Shown here in pieces: positions 1 through 9,268 of a stretch of 64,000 nt of DNA. The translations under genes and the position numbers were made by a program. Source of the DNA: Alphaproteobacteria bacterium (GTDB lineage: Bacteria; Pseudomonadota; Alphaproteobacteria; Rs-D84); assembly GCA_017475605.1 (NCBI GenBank), contig JAFVFD010000005.1:217758-281757 (forward strand), in the 5' to 3' direction. The notes under the pieces were generated by a model that ran no database searches, was not told where the DNA came from, and saw nothing but the letters and a program-made list of their open reading frames with translations. The first letter of the stretch is position 1. Every line of letters starts with the position of its first letter.

Positions 1-1
1 T

Positions 2-44
2 GACTATCGAAGAACAGGAAGAATACGAACAACGCAAAAATTAA
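2..44 (+). CDS. 3' end of an unidentified upstream CDS (partial, ...TIEEQEEYEQRKN*)
   Basis: Open frame running in from the window edge, ending at TAA 42-44, followed by an intrinsic terminator. Confidence 0.3.
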   Translation, partial: TIEEQEEYEQRKN

Positions 45-55
45 AATAAAAAGAT

Positions 56-88
56 ATAAAAAACACCGGCAAACGCCGGTGTTTTTTT
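56..88. terminator. Bidirectional rho-independent terminator
   Basis: GC stem caccggc/gccggtg with T-run on + strand and A-run upstream (T-run for minus strand). It sits between the partial + CDS and the tatA 3' end. Confidence 0.6.
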
Positions 89-103
89 GTCCAACCAAAC
101 TTA

Positions 104-358
104 TTATTTTTTTACCGTTTTTTTCGCTGGTACTTTTTTAGCAACCGCTTTTTTTACAGGTTTCTTTTTCGCAGGTACCTTTTTCACAACAGGTTTTTCC
201 ACCGGTTCCGCAGATGCCTTTGGTTCCGATTTCATTTCTTTTTTGAAAACATTTAACCCATCTGCCAGATTCTTCATCATACCAGGAATCTTGGCATGAC
301 CAAAAAGAATCACGACCAACAAAACGATTAAAAGTATTTCCCAAACACCCATACGCAT
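104..358 (-). CDS. tatA: Sec-independent (twin-arginine) translocase subunit TatA/E
   Basis: MGVWEILLIVLLVVILFG..KIP N-terminal TM plus amphipathic helix typical of TatA, with a Lys-rich C-terminal tail. The start is probably the second Met. Confidence 0.85.
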   Translation of the reverse strand: MRMGVWEILLIVLLVVILFGHAKIPGMMKNLADGLNVFKKEMKSEPKASAEPVEKPVVKKVPAKKKPVKKAVAKKVPAKKTVKK

Positions 359-380
359 TTTTATCTCCTTATACTAATCA

Positions 381-1232
381 CTATTTTGCGACATAGCAAT
401 CAAGGCCATCAGATTTCGCATTCTGACAGAATCCATTTGCATCATTTGATGTTGCAAACGATACACGCAAACGATATGTCGTTTTACCATTTGGCAACTG
501 CGCCGCCAAAATCACGAATTGTTTACCACTAAACAAACTTGCATGGCCTTTGCGCATTTGACGTTCTGCGCTTTCCGCCGCCGCACGCGTTGTGTACGAA
601 CCAAATTGAACAAACCATTTGCCCGCTGCAATTGGTGCCGTTTTTTGAACAGTCTTGGCCGCGGGTTTCGCAACAGGTTTTGGTTGCGCGACCGGTTTTG
701 GCTGTGGCTGGGCCACAGGTTGCGGTTGTGCCGCAGGTTTTGGTGCCGCCTGGGTCGCCGGTTTATCCGGATTAAATGTAACATCACGACGGTCGGCCAC
801 CACGCGTACAGGCACGCCATTGTTTTCCGCAACTGGTGCCGGCATTGGTGCTGGTTGTGGCTGGACCGCAGGTTTTGGTGCTGGGGCCGGCATTGGCATC
901 GGTGCTGGCTGTACAGCAACCGGTTGCGCCGGAACATTTAATGTATCATTTGGTGCCGGTACATTAACCATCGTGGGTTCTGGTTCGGCGACCACCTCGG
1001 GCGCATCCAAATTGATTTCCACAGATTTCGATGAATTACCACCGATGGTACGAATGATGACATATGTTGCCAAAATAATAACGATTAACCCCAGCCCCAT
1101 TAACAACCATGGCTTGCGCGGACGTGGTGCGGCAAAAGGTGTTGTTTCCGGCAACGATTCAACAGGTGTATCATCGTCTAAATCTAAAAAGTCCATATTG
1201 TTTTCTTCTTGTTCCATGCGAAATCCCCCCAT
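381..1232 (-). CDS. Proline-rich membrane-anchored protein with C-terminal SPOR (peptidoglycan-binding) domain
   Basis: One N-terminal TM, a long PxPxP/AQPQP repeat linker, and a C-terminal WFVQFGSYTTRAAAE...RLRVSFATSNDANGFC segment resembling SPOR domains. Confidence 0.7.
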   Translation of the reverse strand: MGGFRMEQEENNMDFLDLDDDTPVESLPETTPFAAPRPRKPWLLMGLGLIVIILATYVIIRTIGGNSSKSVEINLDAPEVVAEPEPTMVNVPAPNDTLNVPAQPVAVQPAPMPMPAPAPKPAVQPQPAPMPAPVAENNGVPVRVVADRRDVTFNPDKPATQAAPKPAAQPQPVAQPQPKPVAQPKPVAKPAAKTVQKTAPIAAGKWFVQFGSYTTRAAAESAERQMRKGHASLFSGKQFVILAAQLPNGKTTYRLRVSFATSNDANGFCQNAKSDGLDCYVAK

Positions 1233-1287
1233 ATGTATGGCTATATTATATCATAAAAAAAGCCATTTACCAAATGTTATCGGCAAA

Positions 1288-1431
1288 TTATTTTGGCATT
1301 TGTCCGAAATGTGGTGGAACGATTAATTTATGGTTTTCTTCGACGATTGGTTCTGTTTCGCATTTATGAACACAGCCAGCAACACCAACCGCAATTACAG
1401 CCAACAAAATAATTGATAGAAATTTTTTCAT
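1288..1431 (-). CDS. Small putative lipoprotein (47 aa; MKKFLSIILLAVIAVGVAGC...)
   Basis: Manual translation below the 60-aa ORF cutoff. It has a signal peptide with lipobox VAGC and an AAGGAAAGGG RBS-like sequence upstream of the ATG. Confidence 0.4.
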   Translation of the reverse strand: MKKFLSIILLAVIAVGVAGCVHKCETEPIVEENHKLIVPPHFGQMPK

Positions 1432-1483
1432 AGCCCTTTCCTTTTTATATCATTTGGGGCGCGAACACGCGCCCCAGTTTTTA

Positions 1484-3217
1484 TTACAACGGCATTTTTA
1501 TCGCATCCGCCATTTCCGCAACGAACGCATCCAACGATTTTGTTTCTTGCTTTTCAACACCCAAACGGCGCAGGGTTACCATTTTATCGGCCGCCTCTTT
1601 ATCACCAACAACGGCGATAATCGGTGTTTTTGCCAACGACAATTCACGAATCTTGTAATTAACCTTTTCATCACGTAAATCGGCACGAACATATACACCC
1701 GCCGCACGCAATGCACTTACCACTTCATTCGCATAGTCTGCCTGCTTTTCGGAAATCGGGGTTACAACCACCGGTTCTGGCGACAACCACAATGGTAAAT
1801 TACCACCCGTTGATTCCAGCAAGATTCCCATAAAGCGTTCAATAGAACCCAACATTGCGCGATGTAACATAATCGGACGATGCTTTTCGCCATCTTCGCC
1901 AACATAGGACAAATCAAAACGTTCTGGCAGATTCATATCCAACTGGACCGTTCCACACTGCCATACACGTCCCATAGAATCTTTAAGATAGTTATCTATC
2001 TTTGGACCATAAAACGCAGCATCCCCTTCGGCAATTTCATATTCAATACCGTTTGCATCCAGCGCATGCTTCAATGCACCTTCGGCCATGTCCCAAACCT
2101 CGTCAGAACCAATACGGAATTCAGAATTTGGACGCGTTGCCAATTTCATTGAAATCTTATCAAAACCGAATTTGCCGTAAATATCCTTGATAAAGCGCAA
2201 GATTTTTACAACTTCCGTTTCCAACTGTTCTTCGGTACAGAATATATGTGCATCGTCCTGGGTAAATTCGCGAACTCGCATTAAACCAGATAATGCGCCT
2301 GCGGCCTCGTAACGATTCACCTTGCCGAATTCAGACAAATACATCGGCAAATCTTTATATGATGTAATTCCATGACCAAACACCAACATGGCACCTGGGC
2401 ATGACATCGGTTTTACACAGAACGTTTTTCCATCCTGGGTTTTGCCGGAATAATTGTGTGCGCCATATTTCGCCCAGTGGCCACTGCGTTCCCACAAACT
2501 GCGATCCATAACAGATGGTGTTGATATTTCCAAATAACCTGCGCGTTCCTGACGTGCACGGATATATTCAATTAAACGGCGATAAATCTTGTACCCCTTG
2601 TCGTGCCAGAACACTGCACCCGGCGCATAGTCCGGTTCAAAGTGGAACAGATCCATATCCTTGCCCAGTTTTCTGTTATCGCGTTGTGCGGCTTCTTCCT
2701 GCATCTTTAAAAATTGTTCCAGGTCTTCCTTGGTTAAAAACGCATCAACATAGATACGTTGTAACATTTTGTTTTTGGAATCGCCCTTCCAATATGCACC
2801 CGCAACGTTGCGAATTTTAAACCCATCGCGTGGCAAATCTTTGGAACTTTCAACATGCGGACCGCGGCACAAATCTGTAAAATCGCGGAAAGAATACACC
2901 GACAGTTTTTCGCCCGCCGCATCATATTCGTTTAACCATTCCATTTTATATGGCTGTGATGCGAATAATTCCTTGGCTTCGTCAAGTTCGACAAAACGTT
3001 GTTCGAATCGACCATTTGATTTAATAAGTTCGCGCATTTCCCGTTCGATTTTCGCAAAGTCTTCTTCGGAAAAACGATGTTCGGTGTCAAAATCGTAATA
3101 GAACCCGTTTTCAATTGCCGGGCCACCCGCGAATTTAACATCTGGGAATAATTTTTGGACCGCTGCCGCCATAACATGCGCCAACGAATGACGAACCGTT
3201 TCGATTGGATATGACAT
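1484..3217 (-). CDS. thrS: Threonine--tRNA ligase (lacks N-terminal TGS domain)
   Basis: RHSLAHVMAAAV..GFYYDFD (N2 editing domain), class II motifs RDNRKLGKDMDLFHF, MSCPG, FTQDDAHIFC, and an anticodon-binding C-terminus. A GAAGG RBS upstream of the ATG supports a genuinely short N-terminus. Confidence 0.9.
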   Translation of the reverse strand: MSYPIETVRHSLAHVMAAAVQKLFPDVKFAGGPAIENGFYYDFDTEHRFSEEDFAKIEREMRELIKSNGRFEQRFVELDEAKELFASQPYKMEWLNEYDAAGEKLSVYSFRDFTDLCRGPHVESSKDLPRDGFKIRNVAGAYWKGDSKNKMLQRIYVDAFLTKEDLEQFLKMQEEAAQRDNRKLGKDMDLFHFEPDYAPGAVFWHDKGYKIYRRLIEYIRARQERAGYLEISTPSVMDRSLWERSGHWAKYGAHNYSGKTQDGKTFCVKPMSCPGAMLVFGHGITSYKDLPMYLSEFGKVNRYEAAGALSGLMRVREFTQDDAHIFCTEEQLETEVVKILRFIKDIYGKFGFDKISMKLATRPNSEFRIGSDEVWDMAEGALKHALDANGIEYEIAEGDAAFYGPKIDNYLKDSMGRVWQCGTVQLDMNLPERFDLSYVGEDGEKHRPIMLHRAMLGSIERFMGILLESTGGNLPLWLSPEPVVVTPISEKQADYANEVVSALRAAGVYVRADLRDEKVNYKIRELSLAKTPIIAVVGDKEAADKMVTLRRLGVEKQETKSLDAFVAEMADAIKMPL

Positions 3218-3402
3218 AATAAATACCTTCTTTTAATATTTGTTTGTTTATTTAATTTTTCGTTTTTTGATTATAGCGCGCGCACATAAAAGCGCAAATA
3301 GAAATTACACCCCCGCGGGGGTTGTAGTAGTTGTGGTTGTGAAAACAAACATATATTTATACATAGCCCATCTATTATACGCAGTTTTTATTACGATGTA
3401 AA

Positions 3403-3430
3403 GAAAAAACCGCCACATTGGCGGTTTTTA
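3403..3430. terminator. Bidirectional rho-independent terminator
   Basis: aaaaaaccgccacattggcggttttt: perfect GC stem flanked by A-run and T-run. Confidence 0.6.
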
Positions 3431-4192
3431 TTACATTGGCAATATGGGGTAATCTATGATTGAACCATACAGCACCGCAAAGAAGAAACACACCGATCCC
3501 CCAATCACAAAAAGGTGCCAGATTGCATGACTGAACTTTAACCGACGCCATACATAGAATATAACCCCAATTGAATACGACAGCCCCCCCGCCAAAATAA
3601 AGGTCATACCGCGTGCGGAAATATGACTTATCATATATGGCAAAATAAACAGCAACGTCCAACCCATAACAAGATAAAGACCAACCGTCCATTTTGGTTG
3701 CTGATGCGGATTGCGAATTTTAATAATCGCACCAAATATTGTAATCGCCCAGAGCAAACCAAACACACTCCACCCAACCGGTCCCCGACAATTAACCAAC
3801 ATAAACGGCGTGTATGTACCGGCAATCAAGGCATAGATGGCGATATTATCCCAAACCTCGAAAAAGCATTCGCCACGATGTCCAATCAACGCATGGCACA
3901 TTGTCGAACCCAAATACAGTGTAATCATTGTCGTTCCAAAAATCGCACAGGACACAACCGCCCATGCATCGCCCGCAATCGCAGCATATACAACCAACAA
4001 TACCAACCCCGCGATTGCCAGGCCAATTCCAATGCCGTGGGTTAAAATATTCAACGCCTCTTCCCCGCGGGTGCTGGGGCGTTCCCACCGAAACAGGCCC
4101 GTTGCACGCAAAGCCTTTAATATTTTGCACGCATGCGAATCGCACTTTATTTCGCGCAATTTTTTCCGCACAACAGATTTTGATTTAGTCAT
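3431..4192 (-). CDS. Hemolysin III / PAQR family channel protein
   Basis: Seven predicted TM helices and a C-terminal FSHAIWHLFVIGGSVCFFFAVLY motif characteristic of the HlyIII family. Confidence 0.7.
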   Translation of the reverse strand: MTKSKSVVRKKLREIKCDSHACKILKALRATGLFRWERPSTRGEEALNILTHGIGIGLAIAGLVLLVVYAAIAGDAWAVVSCAIFGTTMITLYLGSTMCHALIGHRGECFFEVWDNIAIYALIAGTYTPFMLVNCRGPVGWSVFGLLWAITIFGAIIKIRNPHQQPKWTVGLYLVMGWTLLFILPYMISHISARGMTFILAGGLSYSIGVIFYVWRRLKFSHAIWHLFVIGGSVCFFFAVLYGSIIDYPILPM

Positions 4193-5783
4193 CTAATACC
4201 CCTTTTATTCTTTCCATTACCATATCCCCCCCCATAACCGTCATTATGGAATAAAGGTCCGGTGTGTTTGTCCGCCCAGCCAGCGCAACCCGCAGGTTCA
4301 TCGCGACATCGCCATTTTTAACACCAGTCTTTTCGGCAATTGCGACAATCTTATTCCACCATGTGTCTTTATCATCCGCCGGGTTGTAAGTTTCCAAAAA
4401 TGCGCGCAATACATCCGTGTTATATTCGTAATCGGTTGCCGGCTGGAATAATTTATCCCAGAAAAACGCCACATTTTCCAATGTTTGATGCCACGTGATA
4501 AAATCTTTACGCACGCGTTTCGGGTTGTCGCGTTCAATGCCCAGCACCGCCGCCAAATATTTTTCATCTGCAACCTGCATTTTATTATCATCACTGCCAT
4601 ATTCATTTGCCCAGGATGCCACCCGCGCAACCAATTCATCAACCGGCAACGAACCAATAAACTCTTTCGCCCACCATTCCAGTTTGTCCATATTGAATAA
4701 CGCGCTGCTGGTTGGAATCTTTTTAACACGCAATGGATAATTCCATATCGTTGTGTCTGGCTTTTTATTTTTTTCTTCTTCAAAGCCGGCGGCAACAATA
4801 TTAAACAAATAGTTCAACACGGCTTCCTGGGGATAACCATCTTGCAAATAATGCAATGTGTTTGCCTCGGGATCTGTGCGTTTAGACAATTTACGCGAAT
4901 TGCCCGTTGTTTCATCCAATTTATTTATGGTTGCCACATGGATATATTCTGGTGCATTCCAACCCATCATTCTAAATAACTGCAAATGCAGGTTTAATGA
5001 CGACAACCATTCTTCGCCGCGTTGTACCAATGTTGTCCGCATAAAGTGGTCATCACACAAATGCGCAAAATGGTATGTCGGCAATCCATCGTTTGATTTA
5101 ATTAAAACAATATCTTCTTCGTTTTCTGGGAATACAAGACGACCACGAACCTTGTCATTATAAATAACCTTGTTATCCTTGTTTCCTGTTGAATATAAAC
5201 GAATCGATGGAACCTCGCCATTATCCAGATGTGCAATAATTTCATCAGCGGTTAAATCACGGTCGCGTGCAAATTCGCCATATATACCGGTGGCAAAACC
5301 CGCCGCCTTTTGCCGTTCACGAATTTCATCCATTTCTTCTGCGGTTAAAAAGCATGGATATGCCAAGCCACGCGCCAACAATTCCGCCACTACCGAATGA
5401 TAAACTTCTTTGCGCATTGACTGATAGTATGGACCATATTCGCCACCATTTTCTGGCCCCTCGTCTGGCAACAAATTAAACGCATGCGCACATTTTAAAA
5501 TAACATCGACGGCACCGGCAACCTCGCGCTTGGTGTCTGTATCTTCGATACGCAACATAAATACCCCATCTGATTGACTTGCTAATTTTTTTGCAATCAT
5601 CATTTGGTACAAAGTCCCCAAATGCATAAAGCCAGTGGGGCTTGGTGCAACACGCGTCACCATGGCGCCATCTGGTAAATTACGTGGCGGGAACTTTTCT
5701 TCCAATTCCGCAAGTGTATATTTCGGTGCCGCGCCCAACACACGCGCAATTAAATCTTTATCTAAACCTTGTCTCATGTTCAA
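4185..5783 (-). CDS. gltX: Glutamate--tRNA ligase family (GltX-like, class I aaRS)
   Basis: APSPTGFMHLGT (PSPTG plus HIGH-like motif), KLSKR (KMSKS-like motif), and a GluRS-like anticodon-binding C-terminus. It has an approximately 40-aa N-terminal extension and HLGT instead of HIGG. Confidence 0.75.
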   Translation of the reverse strand: MNMRQGLDKDLIARVLGAAPKYTLAELEEKFPPRNLPDGAMVTRVAPSPTGFMHLGTLYQMMIAKKLASQSDGVFMLRIEDTDTKREVAGAVDVILKCAHAFNLLPDEGPENGGEYGPYYQSMRKEVYHSVVAELLARGLAYPCFLTAEEMDEIRERQKAAGFATGIYGEFARDRDLTADEIIAHLDNGEVPSIRLYSTGNKDNKVIYNDKVRGRLVFPENEEDIVLIKSNDGLPTYHFAHLCDDHFMRTTLVQRGEEWLSSLNLHLQLFRMMGWNAPEYIHVATINKLDETTGNSRKLSKRTDPEANTLHYLQDGYPQEAVLNYLFNIVAAGFEEEKNKKPDTTIWNYPLRVKKIPTSSALFNMDKLEWWAKEFIGSLPVDELVARVASWANEYGSDDNKMQVADEKYLAAVLGIERDNPKRVRKDFITWHQTLENVAFFWDKLFQPATDYEYNTDVLRAFLETYNPADDKDTWWNKIVAIAEKTGVKNGDVAMNLRVALAGRTNTPDLYSIMTVMGGDMVMERIKGVLDD

Positions 5784-5823
5784 ATACCTTGTTTTTATAA
5801 CATTATGATTTTATACTAAATAT

Positions 5824-6459
5824 ATGCAAAATCAAGAAATACGAACTTTTGGCCGGCGACATGGCAAAAAACTTTCCGCACGCAAAGTGTGGCTGATGGA
5901 TAATGTTTTGCCGGCAATTTTGCCAAAAAATATCAAAAAAGCCGGTAATCTTATTTTGGAAATCGGATTCGGCAATGGCGAACACGTGCGCGATTTGGCG
6001 CACAAATATCCCGATTCTGTTATTGTTGGTGCGGAACCATTTGCGAATGGGGTTGCGGCATTGCTTTCTGCAATATGCGATGAAAAAACAAACGAAGTAA
6101 AACCAGAATACAAAAACATTCGCATTTGGCCGGATGATGTGCGCGATTACCTGCGCGATACCGATTCGCAGTTTTCACAAATTTGGGTTCTGCATCCAGA
6201 CCCATGGCCCAAAGCCAGACATGAAAAACGCCGATTGCTGAGCGCCGATTTTATAAAAATGTTGGCAACACACCTAGCACAACATGGGCAAATTATTATC
6301 GGCACAGACCACTGGGAATATTTCGATTGGATTTGTGAACAAGTAAAAACTACGGGCTTAAAATATTCAACACCCGATATCGAAACAATACATACCAGAT
6401 ACCAAGAAAAAAATATGGCTGAAACAGTCGCCCCCAAATACATAATTATTGAAAAATAA
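5824..6459 (+). CDS. trmB: tRNA (guanine46-N7)-methyltransferase
   Basis: LEIGFGNGEH SAM-binding motif, VLHPDPWPKARHEKRRL signature, and typical 211-aa length. Confidence 0.9.
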   Translation: MQNQEIRTFGRRHGKKLSARKVWLMDNVLPAILPKNIKKAGNLILEIGFGNGEHVRDLAHKYPDSVIVGAEPFANGVAALLSAICDEKTNEVKPEYKNIRIWPDDVRDYLRDTDSQFSQIWVLHPDPWPKARHEKRRLLSADFIKMLATHLAQHGQIIIGTDHWEYFDWICEQVKTTGLKYSTPDIETIHTRYQEKNMAETVAPKYIIIEK

Positions 6460-6700
6460 AAAACGCGCTATATACACATTTACGCGGCATACATCGATTT
6501 TTACATACGTCTATTTCGTCGTGCGGTTGCAACCCGTCGCAGTTGAACCGGGTGCTTTGCCACCGGGTGTAATGCGACCCGATTATCACGAATCACATGG
6601 GTATTTGCCGGACGATATATTGGATAACGCACACACGCATTTGTAACGCATGGTACAAACAATAAAACCACTAAAATTATAAATCGTTGTAACATTTCCT

Positions 6701-7375
6701 TTATCCATTATTAACCAAGAACAACATTTTTGACAGCATATTCGGACGCATTTGACCAACCAAACGGTAAAACTGATCTATGCGCGCAATATTTTCCCCC
6801 GACACAAAATATAATGCCCCATGCCAATCGCCCATATCAGTATCCATCATTGAATAAACGCGTCCAACAAAGTCTGACTTGTCGCCATCATCATCTGATA
6901 AAAACAAGGTTAACGAATCGGCCCGCAATGTTCGCATGGTTTCAAACACCCTTGCCCAATCTGCCACATCTATTTCGTTTATATCCAGTCCCACAGAAAG
7001 AGTTTTATTAAAAAACAAATCATCACGAACAAAGGACATTTCCGATGCGAATTTGTCTAAATCACGAACACGCATAAATACAATTGCACCATCTGCACCG
7101 GCACGAAAAGACGCATTAACCCGCGTTGCAAAATCGGACATAAATGCATCGTCTATATCAGATTTGATATAAAACCGACTAAATATTTTAACATTGGTAT
7201 TTTCCAACCACGCCCACAATTGTTCTATTTCCGTTGGTGCGACCACGACGGCATGTAATTGATTTGTAATGGCAACACCCGCCGCCGCCGCCAAATCAGC
7301 CCCCGAACAATCATCCCCACACCACAGTCCAAGGTTATCTTTTACTTCGGTAAAAATCTCGTTTTGTTCAATCAT
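6701..7375 (-). CDS. Hypothetical protein (possible alpha/beta barrel)
   Basis: Long ORF with no confident motif. A GADGAIVF segment is weakly reminiscent of CutC-like barrels. Start placed at the internal Met (MIEQNEIF) to avoid overlap with the divergent gene; the longer upstream start is also possible. Confidence 0.45.
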   Translation of the reverse strand: MIEQNEIFTEVKDNLGLWCGDDCSGADLAAAAGVAITNQLHAVVVAPTEIEQLWAWLENTNVKIFSRFYIKSDIDDAFMSDFATRVNASFRAGADGAIVFMRVRDLDKFASEMSFVRDDLFFNKTLSVGLDINEIDVADWARVFETMRTLRADSLTLFLSDDDGDKSDFVGRVYSMMDTDMGDWHGALYFVSGENIARIDQFYRLVGQMRPNMLSKMLFLVNNG

Positions 7376-7418
7376 TCTACTTTTTACTTTATCATAAATA
7401 TGATACAATAAAAGACAA

Positions 7419-8321
7419 ATGAATAACAGAATAAATAACTTTTTAATTGGCTTGTTATGGCTGTTGGCATCAACATTGGCGGCGACCTTTTGGTTCAATG
7501 TGATGTATGGCTTTAATATTTTTTCTGTTCAGCATTGGCAGCATTTGGCCTATATGCAGGCAATCGGTCAAACGGTGAAATTATCGTTCTATATTTCGTT
7601 GGTCGTAATAGTGATTATTGTAACATTCGGTTTTTATATTCTGTTACACCCACGATTCCGTCATATAACCATGCCTATTTTTGACAAAAACACCTCGCCA
7701 AAGCCGCATACCGCACCGGTTACACAACCAGTTTCGGTCCACGCGCCACAACCAACGCAAAAAACCGAAACGGCCCCCCAACCGACCGCAACAACCGCTT
7801 CGGCACCCGGCATTGTGCGCCCGCCACGCCTTAATATTCCAACCGTTACACGTACCGAGGTTGTACCGCGCGTACCGTTGACATCGACACCAAAAGCGCG
7901 AATTGTTCCAGAAACAGAATATGCCGATATACGCGCCGCGTTTGAATCCGCTGGCTATGTGTTCAAGGGGACACCAAAAATCCGCGGTGTTCAAACCGCT
8001 ATCATCGCAATCGGCACCGGCGAGGTTTTATGGATTGGTGCCGTCGGGGTCATGGCATCAGACATGCAACGCGCCGTTGAAACATTATCTGGTGTGTTTT
8101 CAGATACTTTGGACGATATCGAAATTAACATTAACGCGTTTATTATTGCCCCTGTCGATTCAGTTGAAAACACCGGCATTTTATCATTTGAAACTGTAAA
8201 TGATTTGCGCAATTATATAAGTGGTGTTCCAAATACGCCACCAAATGCAGACGACCAAGACAACTTTGATGCGTATTCTGGCTATATAGGAACAGTTGTT
8301 GATTATATAGGAAAAATCTAA
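7419..8321 (+). CDS. Hypothetical membrane protein (2 TM, Pro/Thr-rich linker, C-terminal globular domain)
   Basis: Two N-terminal hydrophobic helices, a PxxP/TAPQP linker and a roughly 130-aa C-terminal domain. First gene of a tightly packed co-directional four-gene set. Confidence 0.55.
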   Translation: MNNRINNFLIGLLWLLASTLAATFWFNVMYGFNIFSVQHWQHLAYMQAIGQTVKLSFYISLVVIVIIVTFGFYILLHPRFRHITMPIFDKNTSPKPHTAPVTQPVSVHAPQPTQKTETAPQPTATTASAPGIVRPPRLNIPTVTRTEVVPRVPLTSTPKARIVPETEYADIRAAFESAGYVFKGTPKIRGVQTAIIAIGTGEVLWIGAVGVMASDMQRAVETLSGVFSDTLDDIEININAFIIAPVDSVENTGILSFETVNDLRNYISGVPNTPPNADDQDNFDAYSGYIGTVVDYIGKI

Positions 8322-8827
8322 TGCAGTGGAACCAGGGCACAGCAGAAAAAAGGATAACAGATTTAGGCATGGACGACTTGCCACTGGTCCAGATGCGCCC
8401 ATCACCACAACCTGTTGCCCCAGATTGGTTTAAAAAATATCACGATACAGCGCGCTCTTTCATAATGTCTTTGACAGATTCTATCCAGGAACTGGCATTT
8501 ATGAACCTGCCCCAAGATGATTTTATGGATTTAATCATGGGACGACGCATACCAGAAAACCTGTCGTTAAGATTGCGCAAGCCACTTGTTTGGGGCGGAA
8601 AACTAGAAATCGATAATATGTTTCTTTGTATGACTTTCCCGCACGCACACAATATGGACAGGTTTATTATTGAACAATCTGGGAATGATGTTATATGGAT
8701 GCCGAATCCAACAAAAAAGATATATTTACCGGCGCACATGATGAATGGTGGCGACGGTGGCAACGCAACATCTGACCGGTTAAGCCAACTGGCATCACAA
8801 ATCATGGCATCACGCGGAATGGAATAA
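8321..8827 (+). CDS. Hypothetical protein (168 aa)
   Basis: TAATG stop/start overlap with the upstream gene indicates translational coupling. No recognisable motif. Confidence 0.5.
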   Translation: MQWNQGTAEKRITDLGMDDLPLVQMRPSPQPVAPDWFKKYHDTARSFIMSLTDSIQELAFMNLPQDDFMDLIMGRRIPENLSLRLRKPLVWGGKLEIDNMFLCMTFPHAHNMDRFIIEQSGNDVIWMPNPTKKIYLPAHMMNGGDGGNATSDRLSQLASQIMASRGME

Positions 8828-8832
8828 AAAAC

Positions 8833-9267
8833 ATGAATATGAATGAATTTATATCTTCGATGAAATCACGTGGTGCAATAATATTTCCACCGGCAACCAC
8901 ACGTGATATAACATTGGCAAACAACGCATTACAATCGCGCCGATGCGCAATGTTTCCGGCAATTTTTAATAAACTTTACCAAACTGCATCATCAATTAAC
9001 CTTGGCAACGGTTATATTTTTGGTCCGTTCGAGGTTTCGCGTGGCAACAAATACCCAATACCATCTATTGTTGATATAAATGTTGAATTATCTATTATTA
9101 GCGCCTTGCGTGGTAAAACAATATTTGGTCGGAACGATTTGTTTTTATTTGCATTTGATGCGTTTGGCGCGTTCTATATGCTGGATAACCTGGGGTTGCG
9201 CGTTTTGCGCAAATATGACGACCCCTATCGTGCCTTGTCCGATTGTTTAATCGCAGGAAAATTTTAA
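8833..9267 (+). CDS. SUKH/SMI1-KNR4-like protein (possible immunity-type fold)
   Basis: FPAIFNKLYQTASSINLGNGYIF and LFLFAFDAFGAFYMLDN segments resemble the LP..Y..FL...NGG and ...GGNYLCLD core motifs of SMI1/KNR4 (SUKH-1) proteins. A 5-nt gap separates it from the upstream gene. Confidence 0.5.
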   Translation: MNMNEFISSMKSRGAIIFPPATTRDITLANNALQSRRCAMFPAIFNKLYQTASSINLGNGYIFGPFEVSRGNKYPIPSIVDINVELSIISALRGKTIFGRNDLFLFAFDAFGAFYMLDNLGLRVLRKYDDPYRALSDCLIAGKF

Positions 9268-9268
9268 G

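Noticed and set aside
87-299. 70-aa + strand ORF overlapping tatA
   Set aside because: It is antisense to the well-supported tatA gene. It is a Phe-rich translation of the Lys codon complement.
655-1326. 223-aa + strand ORF rich in Gly/Ala/Thr
   Set aside because: It is antisense to the Pro-rich repeat region of the SPOR-domain gene. Its low-complexity composition is a mirror of the coding repeats, with no RBS.
3375-4196. Multiple overlapping ORFs on both strands around the HlyIII gene
   Set aside because: Only the 253-aa minus-strand frame gives seven TM helices and the HlyIII C-terminal motif. The others are shadow ORFs.
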